Shown: positions 1 through 11,207 of the stretch, in pieces | How the letters are laid out: each line of letters starts with the position of its first letter | Numbering within the stretch: the stretch's first letter is position 1 | From: an uncultured candidate division Zixibacteria bacterium | GTDB lineage: Bacteria; Zixibacteria; MSB-5A5; GN15; FEB-12 | NCBI GenBank assembly: GCA_963735035.1 | Contig: CAVTJJ010000004.1 | Span: forward strand, 352,001-416,000 | Reading direction: 5' to 3' | Length of the DNA stretch: 64,000 nucleotides | The notes under the pieces: model-generated | What the model was told of the DNA's origin: nothing | The model's input: the letters and a program-made list of their open reading frames with translations, nothing else | The model's database searches: none | Program-made: the position numbers and the translations under genes

Positions 1-1709
1 AAGAGCTTGACCAGCAGGCGGTCGGTCGATTCTCCGATCATGTTGACGGCAAACCCAAATTGTGCTTCCGGTTTGTATACCTTGCCGGGCGAAGGTTTGG
101 TTTCGCCGGACGACTCCGTAGTGACATTGAATGCAGTCGTCGTCCAGTACGACTCAATATTATAGGCCAACGGTACTGACCAGGTGGAGAGGTCATAAAT
201 CTTGGAGCGGCCGAATTTTTCTACCTCACGACGCTCCTCCTTGATAATCTCGTATTTGAAGCGAGGGTCGAACTCGAGCACGGCTTTAGCCAGCGCCCCC
301 TGCGGCTGATCGGTAGAGACGATCATCGTGCCGGAAGGAAGCGCGACCGTCGCCTGCTTGCGGCCGTAGCTGTCGGTGACGCCACTGACCGTGAATTCTT
401 TGGTAGCCTGCTTAACTACGATCCCTTGATCTGTAAGGGACTGCACGAAGCGCTGCATTTTCAGTGCGTCACGATCAGGCTTGAACAGGTAAGTCAACCG
501 GTTGCGACGGCCTTCTTCGGTGATCTGTCGGCGCGCCTGAGCATAGTCGCGCAGGATGGCGGTACGATTTTTCGACAGTGTGGTCAGGTTGCTTAGTGAC
601 GATGTAAACTGCTTATTGACCGCTTCGTGATAGGTCAGCAGATAGTCATCTTGTTGTTTCACGAACTGACCGTCCACACCGGCCATTTCGTACAGGATGC
701 CGATCGAGCCGAAAAAGGTCGACCAGGCCGACCCGTACCCCGGGTACCATTGTTCGGCCCATTCCTTGACATAGTACGGCCAGGCACGGGAATCGAAAGC
801 AGCCGCCTGGTCATCACCGAATACTTGCGCCCACTTCATGAAAATCGACGGGGTGTTGTAGTTGATCGGATCCCCGGGCGGTCCGAACAGGAAACTCGAG
901 TTCGAGCCCATTTCGTGGGCGTCGACCGTCAACTGCGGATGCCACTTAAGAATTGTCGCCAGTTTCCCGCGCGTCTCCTGATTTCGCACCATGATCCAGT
1001 CGCGATTGAGATCGAACAGATAATGATTGCCGCGCCCATACGGCCATACACCCCCGTGCTGCATGGCGAAGCGATTGTAGTTAGGGACATCGCTCCGGTA
1101 TGTTTCGAGCATGGAGAGATAGCGCTCACGTCCGTCGGGGTTCTGAGTCGGGTCGATAACAATCACCACATTCTTCAGCAGATTGACCGTGGCTGAATCG
1201 GTGCCCCCGGTCAATTGATAGATCAACTGTACTGCGGCATCGACGCCGGAAAGCTCATCACCATGTATCGAATATCCCATCCAGGCGAACGCCGGAAGGG
1301 TGTGCGCCAGAGAATCAACTTCGGACGACGAGGCGTTCTCCGACGGTTCCGCCAGCCGGTTCATAGCCAGACGTAGCTTCTCCAGGTTGGCAATGTTTTC
1401 CTCGGATGAGACAAACACGTTGAACAGCCTTCGCCCCTCGTACGAATTTCCGTGCGATTCTACCTTTACCCGACGAGATTCATTGGCCAGGGCGGTCAGG
1501 TAGTTGACCATTTCACCGTACCGCAACGGCCATTGACCGACCGGGTATTTCAAGTACAAGTTAGGTCTGGGCACCGTCATGTCGTACTGGCCGTTGGCAT
1601 AGAACGGCACGGTGTCGATCACAACTTTGCTGGAGTACGCGGGGTCCATCCCGGCCAGTGCAGTTGTCACACAGATTGTCAGAAAGACGAGAAGATAAAC
1701 ATAACGCAT
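1..1709 (-). CDS. M14-family zinc carboxypeptidase, secreted; runs off the left edge of the window
   Basis: Translated by hand from ATG 1709: signal peptide MRYVYLLVFLTICVTTALA, then YSIHGDELSG (HxxE), QNPDGRER and GRGNHYLFDLNRDW. Absent from the ORF track because there is no stop in the window. Confidence 0.85.
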   Translation of the reverse strand, partial: MRYVYLLVFLTICVTTALAGMDPAYSSKVVIDTVPFYANGQYDMTVPRPNLYLKYPVGQWPLRYGEMVNYLTALANESRRVKVESHGNSYEGRRLFNVFVSSEENIANLEKLRLAMNRLAEPSENASSSEVDSLAHTLPAFAWMGYSIHGDELSGVDAAVQLIYQLTGGTDSATVNLLKNVVIVIDPTQNPDGRERYLSMLETYRSDVPNYNRFAMQHGGVWPYGRGNHYLFDLNRDWIMVRNQETRGKLATILKWHPQLTVDAHEMGSNSSFLFGPPGDPINYNTPSIFMKWAQVFGDDQAAAFDSRAWPYYVKEWAEQWYPGYGSAWSTFFGSIGILYEMAGVDGQFVKQQDDYLLTYHEAVNKQFTSSLSNLTTLSKNRTAILRDYAQARRQITEEGRRNRLTYLFKPDRDALKMQRFVQSLTDQGIVVKQATKEFTVSGVTDSYGRKQATVALPSGTMIVSTDQPQGALAKAVLEFDPRFKYEIIKEERREVEKFGRSKIYDLSTWSVPLAYNIESYWTTTAFNVTTESSGETKPSPGKVYKPEAQFGFAVNMIGESTDRLLVKL

Positions 1710-1784
1710 ATTCAGAGACCTCGAGGTTTGAATTGGCGAGTCAGAGTAATCGGGGATCGAAATATCATTCTATTCTGCGGCAAA

Positions 1785-2967
1785 TCATGGCTCAACTGGA
1801 GTTGTTTGGTGGTCTTCCGAATGAAGGCGCATCTCAAAGATATTTATCAGGATCACGAACGCCGCCGCGACCATCGGGCCGACCACCAATCCGACCAGAC
1901 CCCACATCGTAATTCCACCGAGGATCGCAAAAAACAACAGCAGCGGGTTCATGCTGGTCTTGCCGGAAATCAGATAGGGCCTCACCACATTGTCCGCCTG
2001 GCTGATCACCGCCACGCCGACAGCAATTACAATTATCCCCTTTATGGTCGAACCAGCCAGAATGAGTGCGATTCCCGCCGGGACATAGACGATAAACGCT
2101 CCGATAAACGGCAGGAGCGAAAGAAACGCCATTACCGCGCCCCAGAAGACCGCCGAGTCGATACCGACCGAGGCAAACAGAATGCCGCCGAGCAATCCCT
2201 GAAGCAACGCCACGGCTATCCCGCCGTACATGGTGGCCTGGACCACTTCGCGAAGTTGCACGAACGCAACATCGACCTGACTCTTTTCGATAGGCAGCAG
2301 TTTCTTGATCCTAGCGACCAGGCCGTCGCCGTCGCGGAAGAGATAGAACATCGTGAATACCATCAGGCCGAAACTGAAGACCGTTTTGGTGGCGTTGGTT
2401 ATCAGCCAGGTGGTCTGATCGAGCACCACACTGCTGATTTTGTTTACGGAGTTACTGACCAGCTGGTCAAGATCGACCTGGGTCATATCGTAATACGGCG
2501 AGAGCAGCTTCTTGATCGACTGCCAGAACGGCCAGTCGACATCGAGCAACTGGTCGAAGCTGCCCGCTACTGTTGAGTTTGTCGATTGCGGCTACAGCTC
2601 CCGCCGCCTGATACACTACCGCCACGAACAGGTAGGCGATCGGACCTATTATCAACACTATGACCATGAGGCTCATCACCAGAGCCGCGAGACTCCGGTT
2701 CTTCAACACGCGGAGAAGTCGATCTTGCAGCGGGTAGAAGATGATCGCGAACACCGCCGCCCAGCAGATCGGGATCAGAAACGGCAGCATGATCCGCGCA
2801 AAGAGGTAGAAGATGACGGCGGCGACGAGCAGAAACAGGGTCATGTGAAGTTGCTCACGTTGCACGGCGGAATCTCTCCTGACGGGTTGGCTGTATGTAT
2901 GCGACCCGCCCGGCGCAGAAGCAACAACTATCGATTGTGTGCTGCTATCCAGGTACATCGAAGCCAT
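1785..2967 (-). CDS. AI-2E (PerM/YdiK) family transporter, frameshifted near 2556
   Basis: ORFs 2467..2967 (PFLIPICWAAVFAIIFYPL) and 1785..2549 (DNVVRPYLI...NPLLLFFAILGG) are the N- and C-terminal halves of one AI-2E protein. Start uncertain. Confidence 0.8.
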
Positions 2968-3426
2968 TTCAAGTCACCTTGAACTTGTCGGAGGGTGATG
3001 AGTTGATGTTGCGTCAGGTCCTGCCCCCAACCCGGTTGGGGGTGTGACCTGACGCCTTTCTGACGAGTCTTTGAAGAAACGTAGCGCAGAACCCCCGCCC
3101 GTCGGGCGGGTGGTTCTGCCGTCGGGAGCAAGCGTCACGACCGTAACGTTATGTGTCACAACGAGGTACCGATATCGTCGAATTACGAGAGATAACGCCT
3201 ACCAGTGCAGTCCACGTTCACAAAACGAGGGTGTGATCGGGTGTGGCGGGGCGTTCCCATAGGGCAAATTGGGTGCGAAAAAATCTTATCATAGACCTAA
3301 AATCTCAAAGCCTTGGGGTTAAGTATTTTAGCGCGATACCGAAAGATATCTACAGATAGTTAATAGCCGGAGGGTGCACAGCCATTATCCCACCGGCAAC
3401 TTCAATACTCAAACAAGGAGTAACCA

Positions 3427-3837
3427 ATGGCTGCAAGAAAACCGAGAAGCAGAAAGACCCGCGTCGCCAGCCGTCGTCCGGCTCAGAATCGCACGCGTCG
3501 TGCCGGCAATGGTGGCAACGTATGGAGCCGCGAGGAAGTCGCGTTCCTGCGCAAGTATTACAAGCAGTACCCGACCTCCTGGGTTGCTCGTCAGCTTGGC
3601 CGCACCGCTTATGCGGTTCGTTACAAAGCTTCTGACCTGAGCATCAAGAAGGCCCGTCCGTCGGTCTGGAGAGCCAACACCGGTTCCAACCAGCCGAAAA
3701 CCAACTGGCGCACGAAGTCCGCTCGTCCGAGCTTCTCCCGTCAGTCCAAGTGGTCACGTCGTCCGGCTCGTCGGGCCAACGCTCGTCGTCGGACCTTCCG
3801 CACCACCAAGAGCCGTCGGAACTATCGCCGGCACTAA
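3427..3837 (+). CDS. Arg/Lys-rich basic protein with a Myb/HTH-like core
   Basis: 136 aa. AAGGAG RBS at 3415-3420. Core WSREEVAFLRKYY...VARQLGRTAYAVRYKA. Followed by its own terminator. Confidence 0.8.
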   Translation: MAARKPRSRKTRVASRRPAQNRTRRAGNGGNVWSREEVAFLRKYYKQYPTSWVARQLGRTAYAVRYKASDLSIKKARPSVWRANTGSNQPKTNWRTKSARPSFSRQSKWSRRPARRANARRRTFRTTKSRRNYRRH

Positions 3838-3883
3838 TTGCTTTGGAAGCTACAGCTCGATGGCAACATCGGGCGATGCAGAT

Positions 3884-3917
3884 AAAACCCGCTGTCTCAT
3901 TTGAGGCGCGGGTTTTC
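3884..3917 (+). terminator. Intrinsic terminator, probably bidirectional
   Basis: AAAACCCGC..CTCATTTGAG..GCGGGTTTT hairpin between convergent genes. Confidence 0.7.
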
Positions 3918-3953
3918 TGTTTGTGGGGGGAGATAGAAGGCACCGGATTAGAA

Positions 3954-5201
3954 CTAGTAGTTCAGGTAGAAATCACTCAAGTAGAAGTACTTCTCGTTCT
4001 CGGACGTATATTGGGCGTGCCATGGAGTAGACGGATACCTCTTCACCCCATCGGGTTCGTTGCGTGGAACGAGCTTGAAGTCAAGACCGGGGCTGAACAG
4101 TTGCGGTTTGTCAGGACTCGAGTTACGGTCATATATACTGGGACGTCGGGCCAGTATCGCGCCGAGAAGAGACGCGAAAATGATGTTGCGCTGGACGATT
4201 CTCTCTCTTCTTAATGAATCAATGTAGGGAGTCGCTTGGTCGTTGGGTGAGGGAATATACTTGGCCGCTTCAAAACAAATGGTCACAAGCCATTCTGGCT
4301 GATGGCCGTCACTTACTTGCCGCCGATATGCAATGTCTGCACCCCGTAGCATAGTCTTAAGCAATCGGACTGTCATAGGTTCATAATCGAGCAGACGCTC
4401 ACAGAAGCTTGATACTTGGCCCTTCCTGAGTGCATCCTTTCCCAGAAAGAGATTATCTTTGAAAATCTCTCCGACGAATCGGTCAAATCCACTAATCTGA
4501 GGGCAAAAGAAATCCACATAATCGAAGCATTTATGGTACTCCTCATGGTGACCTTTGTAGCTAAAGTCAGATATGGGTACAATCGTGATTACCCGCTTAT
4601 CGTAGTTCAACTTCCTGATAAACTCCTTCAGGGTCTCAAGAAAGTATATCCCGGCGTCTCCAGAACGGTCGATGTCTTCTACCACGATGCATATATCCTT
4701 CTTGTGCCTGTGAATGATCTCGGATAGAATTTCTTGGATTTCGAAGACTCTAGTTGCGGGCGAGTTCTTGAATAGTTCTAAGAGGCCACCTATGTTGCCT
4801 ATGCCTGCAGTAGCCTGCGTTACACCACTGACTATCTTACCGAGTATTTCAACAGACCTGGACTTTGGATCCCGACCAGCAATCCTATTCCTAGCCATCT
4901 TCTTACTACCAACCTGATCAGCGAAGTCAAGCACAAAGCCTTCCCATAGACCTCTACGCTCTGGGTACTTCCATGCGTCAAAAAGTATCCAAGTCTCCTT
5001 GTCCTTTCTTCCCTTCTCTATCTGATATAGCATCGTGCTCTTACCTGAGCCGAATTTTCCGATCAGGCCTACCAGGGATGGTCTATCGATCGACTCCAAC
5101 CGCTTCGAAAAGTCGCTCACAGACTTAGAGAAATCCAATAAATCGTCTACGCGAGACGTCTCTTGAATAAGGTTGTAATTCTTGATGAAGCCGTCTGCCA
5201 T
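3954..5201 (-). CDS. KAP-family P-loop NTPase
   Basis: Walker A GKFGSGKST, FDAWKY motif and Walker B IVVEDIDR. More AT-rich than its neighbours. Confidence 0.8.
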   Translation of the reverse strand: MADGFIKNYNLIQETSRVDDLLDFSKSVSDFSKRLESIDRPSLVGLIGKFGSGKSTMLYQIEKGRKDKETWILFDAWKYPERRGLWEGFVLDFADQVGSKKMARNRIAGRDPKSRSVEILGKIVSGVTQATAGIGNIGGLLELFKNSPATRVFEIQEILSEIIHRHKKDICIVVEDIDRSGDAGIYFLETLKEFIRKLNYDKRVITIVPISDFSYKGHHEEYHKCFDYVDFFCPQISGFDRFVGEIFKDNLFLGKDALRKGQVSSFCERLLDYEPMTVRLLKTMLRGADIAYRRQVSDGHQPEWLVTICFEAAKYIPSPNDQATPYIDSLRRERIVQRNIIFASLLGAILARRPSIYDRNSSPDKPQLFSPGLDFKLVPRNEPDGVKRYPSTPWHAQYTSENEKYFYLSDFYLNY

Positions 5202-5436
5202 TGAATCATGCCTCCGCTATGCAGGTGAACACAGTTCGTACCCCGTGTCCTTGATTGCTATTTCAATCCAATATAGCGGGAATAGCGCCACCGCGTCAAG
5301 CCGGCAGATGTGGACATCTGCCGGGCACGGTTCAGGAGGGGCATTCAAAGATGGGGCAGACGAGGACGTCTGCCTCACACAATCAGACGAGGACCCCCGA
5401 TCAGGTCGGGGGCAGGCTCTGCCGCCCACCACTAAA

Positions 5437-6529
5437 CTACTTTCCCTCAAACAGCGTCAGATTCGTGCCTCCGGGGGAGACTATCTGACGCTCGTGGTCC
5501 AGCAACCACTTCTTTCGCCACACCCCCCCTCCATAACCGCACAGGTCGCCGTCGGCGCGAATCACCCGATGACACGGAATCGCAATCGCTATGCTGTTTC
5601 GTCCGTTGGCCCGACCCACCGCGCGCACTGCCCCCGGACTGCCGACTTTCTTCGCCAGGTCGCTGTACGACCGCGTTTCCCCCGGCGGAATCGTCTGAAG
5701 TTGCTCCCACACCGCCCGCTCGAACGGCGTCCCCGACGTAATCATCGGCACGGTGAACGTCAGCGATGTCCCCTCGAAATACGCTTTCACCTCGGCGCAG
5801 AACTTCTCGAGATGATGATTGCTGCCGGGGACTACCGCGCATTTGACATGTTTGCGAAGGCGGGCGATTTCGTTCTCCAGCCCGCGACGATCGATGAATT
5901 CAAACACGTGGATGCCGTCGTCGTTGCCCAGCGCCACCATCGCGCCGAGCGGTGTCTCGATCCACTGCGCCAGCAGACATCCGGCCCGTTCGGCCTCGCT
6001 TGGCGGCGTGCCGAACACTTGTTTGAACGCCTCCCAGAAACCGCTGGCGGATTCGAAACCGGTGTCAATCTGTGCTCCGATCACGCTTTCTCCTTTCCGA
6101 ATTTCATGCAGCGCCAGCCCCATGCGCCGCGCCCGATGATACGCCTGAAACGTCATGCCGTAGTACGCGCGGAACCGGCGACGGGCGGTCGACGGGATCT
6201 ATGCGCAATTCGCGAAGGTCGCCGTCGGTGATTTTGCCCGTGGGGGATTCGTCGACCATCTGACGCAACCGTGTGACCAGTTCGGGCGCTTTCTTGTCGC
6301 GGTCGAGCGGTTGACAGCGCAGGCAGGGGCGGTACCCGGCGTAAAGGGCTTCTTTGGGCGACGGGAAGAACTCGACATTCTCCGGCTTCGGTTTTTTCGA
6401 CGGGCAAGTCGGACGGCAGAAGATGCCGGTGGTCCGGACGCCGACGAAGAAGACGCCTTCGAATTCGGAATTGCGGTCGACCAGCGCCTGGTACATGGTG
6501 GTGGTGGACGGGAGTGTTGTCATAGCCAT
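5437..6529 (-). CDS. ada: Bifunctional Ada regulator / O6-methylguanine-DNA methyltransferase, frameshifted at about 6195
   Basis: N-terminal Zn site GIFCRPTCP..GYRPCLRCQP, AraC-type HTH and C-terminal IPCHRV active site. One extra base in GGG 6194-6196 splits the ORF. Confidence 0.9.
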
Positions 6530-6881
6530 ATATCCGATCAAAACGTTTATTGCCAACGTCATGTAGGTCGGGACCATTGTGCCTGCTCGCCGTGGCGAGG
6601 TCCCGACACTCACCTGGCAGAACCACAAGGGGTTCTGCCCTACGTTGCCACCAATTTAGCGGTCTGAACGCCGAACGCATCCGCTTTTTGAGCATCTAAT
6701 TCGAGAATGTGATGTGGCCTACTGGTTGCGTCAGAGCCTACCCACGACAAGTCGGGGCCGTAGGACCTGCCGCAACCGGGTCTAAGGGGGGGGCCGCCGC
6801 GTCGCAATACCGTGGGCGGCACACGTCCTCGTGTGCCCCTTCTTTGGGGCAGACCAGGAGGTCTGCCGCCCACGAATACAT

Positions 6882-7710
6882 CTACGACCAGGCGTCGCCG
6901 AATTCGCCTATATCCGCTATCGCCTCGGCAGTGATCTCACGCGGGATGCCGATATGTTGTTCCACTGCGGCCGCCAGAGCGTCTCGGTCAGCTAGTTGGC
7001 GGGTAGTCCAGTGCGTGCCTTCCGATTCGAGAACTGTCAAATTGTGAATCGCGAGTGATCGACCGGGAAAGAATCGCACCAGCAGCACCGCATTCATAAA
7101 CGTAGCCGCCTCGCGGTAAGAATGGGCGACGACGCCGGAGAAATACTCGATCGAGCGCGGCTGCGGTTTGATCGTGTAGCCGTGTCTCAATTGCCCGTCC
7201 CGAATAAGCTGCATGATCGACCGGCCATCGCCGTCCTGCGGCTTGAGCACGTACCGATCCCGGCCGAGCCCAGTCTCGTAGTCCTCGAGCAAGTCACGCG
7301 GAATAGGCTCCAGAAACGGCGCGGCGTAGCCGGTGTCTACGACATATTCGTGTCCGTCCACAGTGACCAGGTTGACGATATGAACGTCGGGGTTGTTCAT
7401 GTCGCACCCGCACAGCTTTGTCTGATACCCCAGGTGTTCGAGCAACAGGTGCAGGTAGACGTTATTCGTGTAGCAAGTTCCGCCAAAATGATACCGTTCG
7501 ATCCCGTCGAGATAACGTTCGAGACCGGGCAGCTCGCGAAGGTTGTGGCGTTTCAGGTAGAAGAGCTTGGAGACATTCTCGAATGGGATACGGGTCAGGT
7601 GAGCCGTGGTCAACTCGGTCAGTGCTTTGAGGCTGGGTTTCTTCCGGGCTGACTCCCAAGATGTGGAGGTATCGGTCGAAGAGGGTGGAGGGTGGTGGGG
7701 TGATTGACAT
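6882..7710 (-). CDS. Arylamine N-acetyltransferase, frameshifted at about 7647
   Basis: HLTRIPFEN, GGTCY, HIVNLV and VDTGY (Cys-His-Asp triad). The N-terminus (FDRYLHILGV) lies in another frame. Confidence 0.85.
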
Positions 7711-7883
7711 ATGGCTCACAAAACCGGCAGGGGTGGAACCCTGCCGATCACTATCTGCCGGGCACGTAAGAAACTATGTCGGGTTTCTCCCCCGGATCAA
7801 AGTCCGGGGTCGGAACCCGACCTACTATTACTTATTCATCACAGAACCGGCAGGGGTGGAACCCTGCCGATCAAATAAAGTGT

Positions 7884-8853
7884 CTACACCAACTTCGATT
7901 TCAAGATGTCATGCAGATGGATCACGCCCGCCAGGCGGCCGGACTCATCAACCGTCGGCAATTGCGTGATCTCTTTCTTCTCCATAAGCGCCAACGCAGC
8001 GTCGAGCAAAGCATCCTGCGGAATCGTCTTCGGGTTCTTCACCATGACATCCGACGCCTTCAAGCTCGAAATCGCCTTGTCTCCCACTCGTTCCAGCAGT
8101 CGCCGCAAGTCACCGTCGCAGAAATATACCCGTTACGCGTCCATCACTGTCGGCCGTGACCACACAGCCGAGCCGCTTGCGGCTCATTTCCACCATCAGC
8201 TCCGAAAAAGTCGCATCGGATGACACCATCGGGATATTATCGCCCGAATGGTGATACTCCGCCACCCGCTTGAGCAGCCGCCGTCCGAGAAATCCACCCG
8301 GATGAAGCTCCGCGAAATCTTCTTTGGTGAAATTCCGTGCTCTTAACAACGCTACCGCGAGAGCGTCGCCCATCACGAGCGCCGCGGTCGATGACGATGT
8401 CGGCACCAGGTTGTTGGGGCAGGCTTCGGATTCGACTGAGCAATCAAGCGCGATATCGGCCTTCTCCCACAGATCGGACTTCGTGTTGCCGCCAAGCAGG
8501 ATGATTCTGACACCAAGCCGACGAGTAGCGGCGATAATCGTCTCGAGTTCTTCCTGCCTTCCCGATTTGGAAATAATCATCAGCAGGTCTTCGGCGCGGA
8601 TGAGTCCGAGGTCGCCGTGTAGGGCATCAGCCGGGTGCAGGAAAAACGAGGAAATCCCGGTCGAGTTGAACGTGGCGACAATCTTGCGGCCGATCAGGCC
8701 CGATTTGCCGAGCCCGGCAACGATAACGCGTCCCTTGCATTCGAGGATGGCATCGACCGCCTGCTGAAAACTCTCACCCAGCCGATCGGCCATGGCCGCG
8801 ACCGCGCCGGCCTCGTTGCGAATAACTTCCTGTGCATATTTGATCAGGTCCAT
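7884..8853 (-). CDS. kdsD: Arabinose-5-phosphate isomerase (KpsF/GutQ, SIS + CBS domains), frameshifted at about 8123
   Basis: GLGKSGLIG, HGDLG, EACPNNLVPTSS and HPGGFLG. Removing one base restores GIFCDGDLRR and the second CBS domain (ORF 7884..8108). Confidence 0.92.
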
Positions 8854-9383
8854 CAGGCCACCATATCTTTGGGATTCAGTCCGACCGCCTCGAACCAGGC
8901 CGCGAGGACTTCGTGCACGGCGGCATGGCCGCCCTTGCGCTCGGTGACATACACCACTTCGCTCAGCAGGTCGGGGGCTGCATCGGCGACTGCAATCGGC
9001 AGGCCGATCTCGCGCGCCAGCTTGATATCGAGCAGTTCGTTGCCGACAAACGCCACCTGTTCGAAACCGATCTTCAACTCGGCCAGCACGGGGCGGATCA
9101 TCTCGACTTTGTCTTGTTTCGCCTGAAGCACATGCTTTACGCCGAGATCTTTCATACGGCTTTCAGTGGCGGCAGAATAGCGGCCGGAGACAATCGCAAT
9201 TTCAAGTCCGGATCGCATTGCCAACACCATGTAGAAGCCGTCAGAGATGTTAAATTTCTTGAGCTCGAAACCGTCCGGGCCGAAATAGATCGAATCGTCG
9301 GTGAGCACACCATCGACATCAAGCGCCAGCAGTTTGATCGTCTTAAGACGCTCGACAAATTCCGGGCGTGAAAGTCGTTTCAT
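8853..9383 (-). CDS. kdsC: KDO 8-phosphate phosphatase (HAD family)
   Basis: LDVDGVLTD, AIVSGR and KGGHAAVHEV. Own ATG at 9383. Confidence 0.9.
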   Translation of the reverse strand: MKRLSRPEFVERLKTIKLLALDVDGVLTDDSIYFGPDGFELKKFNISDGFYMVLAMRSGLEIAIVSGRYSAATESRMKDLGVKHVLQAKQDKVEMIRPVLAELKIGFEQVAFVGNELLDIKLAREIGLPIAVADAAPDLLSEVVYVTERKGGHAAVHEVLAAWFEAVGLNPKDMVA

Positions 9384-9391
9384 CGGGGAGT

Positions 9392-10187
9392 CTACCTCAA
9401 CGCCTTGTTGATACGGATGACCGCGTCCAGCAGTTCCGGCATCCGGTCGAGCGGAAGCATAACCCCGGCGTCGCAGAGCGCCTCGGCCGGATTGGGATGC
9501 GTTTCGACAAAAAGTCCGTCGATCCCGACTGCTGCCGCCGCACGCGCCATCGGTACGATAAACTCCGGCTGGCCGGTAGAGACATCCCCGCCGCCGCTCG
9601 GAAGTTGCAGCGAGTGGGTGGCATCGAATACGATCTCTATGGCCGGTTTGCTTCATGATCAGCAGCGACCGGAAATCGACTACTAGGTTATGATATCCGA
9701 ACGATGCCCCCCGCTCGGTCAGCATGATCCGGGTGGTTTTGGCCTTGGCGGCGATTTTGGCCATGTCGTCCGGCGCGAGAAACTGACCCTTCTTGATGTT
9801 GATCCATTTACCGGTCGATGCCGCTTTGACGACCAGGTCGGTCTGGCGACAAAGGAAAGCGGGGATTTGCAGGATGTCGGCCACTTCGGCGACCCGGTCG
9901 ACCTCGGACGTCTCGTGGACATCGGTCAGGATCGGCAGGTCGAATTCAGTCTTGATCTTCTGAAGCACTTTCAGGCCGCTTTCGAGTCCCGGTCCGGCGT
10001 AGGAACCGGCCGAGGTTCGGTTGGCCTTCTTGTACGACGCCTTGAAGATGTATGGCACGTCGTATTTAGCGGCCAGCTCGGAGACTACGCGAGCGACCTG
10101 ACGGCAGAGTTGTTCCGATTCGATTACACACGGTCCGGCGATCAGGAAGAACTCGCCCCGTTCGATTCGTTGAAGCGTTTTGTTCAT
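9392..10187 (-). CDS. kdsA: KDO 8-phosphate synthase, frameshifted at about 9636
   Basis: IAGPCVIES, KANRTS, QIPAFLCRQTDL and KKGQF. After the shift it reads VFDATHSLQLP...GLFVETHPNP and stops at TAG 9392-9394. Confidence 0.93.
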
Positions 10188-10432
10188 GGCGACCGGAAAT
10201 ATATGTCTGTGGGCTGCAAAAGCCAGTGGGAATTAGGGGACTGTTCGCTGCGTGATTCCGGTGGGCGACGAGACGTTTCGTCGGTTCAGTGCGGCCGTCA
10301 TACTTGATCGGCAGGGTTCCAACCCTGCCGTATAGTCGACACCCCGATGCCGGCAGGCCCAGAGGCCTGCCGATCACTTTGGTGGGCATCTGCCGGGCAC
10401 GATTCGGGGCCTGCGGGCGCCCATTTGCGCAC

Positions 10433-10470
10433 AAAAAAAGCGGCCCGGCGGTTGTTCACCACCGGGCCGT
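10433..10470 (-). terminator. Intrinsic terminator of the small basic-peptide gene
   Basis: Minus strand ACGGCCCGGTGGTGAACAACCGCCGGGCCGC followed by T7. Confidence 0.75.
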
Positions 10471-10514
10471 AAGTGCAGTCTTGTTTCGAGGCCGCACTTC
10501 AATCTACGAAGAAA

Positions 10515-10586
10515 CTAGCAGCCCTTCTTCTTGTCTTTTTTGGGCTTCTTGGTCTCTTTTTTCGGTTTGTCTTTGCCTTTGGCCAT
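10515..10586 (-). CDS. 23-aa Lys-rich peptide MAKGKDKPKKETKKPKKDKKKGC
   Basis: GAGGAGG RBS 5 nt upstream of the ATG and a terminator downstream. Confidence 0.65.
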   Translation of the reverse strand: MAKGKDKPKKETKKPKKDKKKGC

Positions 10587-10656
10587 TACGACCTCCTCTA
10601 AGTTGCGGCTGAAATATGACAACCTTGATTCATTCATGCAATATTTAAGTTTGAAC

Positions 10657-11046
10657 TTATCGTCCCATCCGTCGGAAATGCCAGACCACCCGATCCCCGT
10701 TGGATGTGACACATTTGTCACAGGCAGTCTGGGGGAACGAGTCATTGACCGAATACATCCAGAAATATTCGGCACTGGCTTCGGCCCGATCCACCCGGGT
10801 CACGAACGCCCCAACCACGGTGCCACGATAGTCCACCTCATGTTTCGCCTTAAGCAGGTCAAGAACCGAGGTCTGGTCCACACCAACCAGTTCAATTGCC
10901 AGACTATCCTGACCCTTTGCAACCGACGTTGAGGCGGAATCGGTCTGTTTAGGGGTTGGTTTGGAATCCGATCCACAGCCCGTGAAAAACGTCGCCAGAG
11001 CCAGGGCCGCGGCCGTCAGCAATAGCTGTTTGAGGGGGTGGATCAT
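10657..11046 (-). CDS. DUF4430 (transcobalamin-like beta-grasp) lipoprotein
   Basis: Lipobox FFTGC; FVTRVD...YFWMYSVND...GDRVVWHF. Confidence 0.7.
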   Translation of the reverse strand: MIHPLKQLLLTAAALALATFFTGCGSDSKPTPKQTDSASTSVAKGQDSLAIELVGVDQTSVLDLLKAKHEVDYRGTVVGAFVTRVDRAEASAEYFWMYSVNDSFPQTACDKCVTSNGDRVVWHFRRMGR

Positions 11047-11207
11047 CTGTTTATTTCTCGGGATTGAATAGTTTTCCACCCCGGTTGGTAATACGGTAAA
11101 CATGGTATCGCAAGCAGAAACAGTGTGTGAGGTTATCCGACAAGACTGTTGCGATGTCGGTTTGTGGGTGTATATTTCGGCGATGCAGCCTAACCCGGAG
11201 GTGAGAG

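Noticed and set aside
1452..2576. Long antisense ORFs (e.g. 1452..2576, 5182..6231, 12028..12900, 41184..42389)
   Set aside because: They are shadow frames opposite well-supported genes in a GC-rich genome and carry no recognisable motifs.
8853..10187. 444-aa apparent KdsA-KdsC fusion in the ORF track
   Set aside because: It arises from the extra base at about 9636. The true KdsA C-terminus is in another frame with a stop at 9392, and kdsC has its own ATG at 9383.
11047..11207. Cobalamin riboswitch upstream of the DUF4430 gene
   Set aside because: No B12-box or GGGAA..CTGCCCCCGCAAC core was found, and the spacer is short and divergent.
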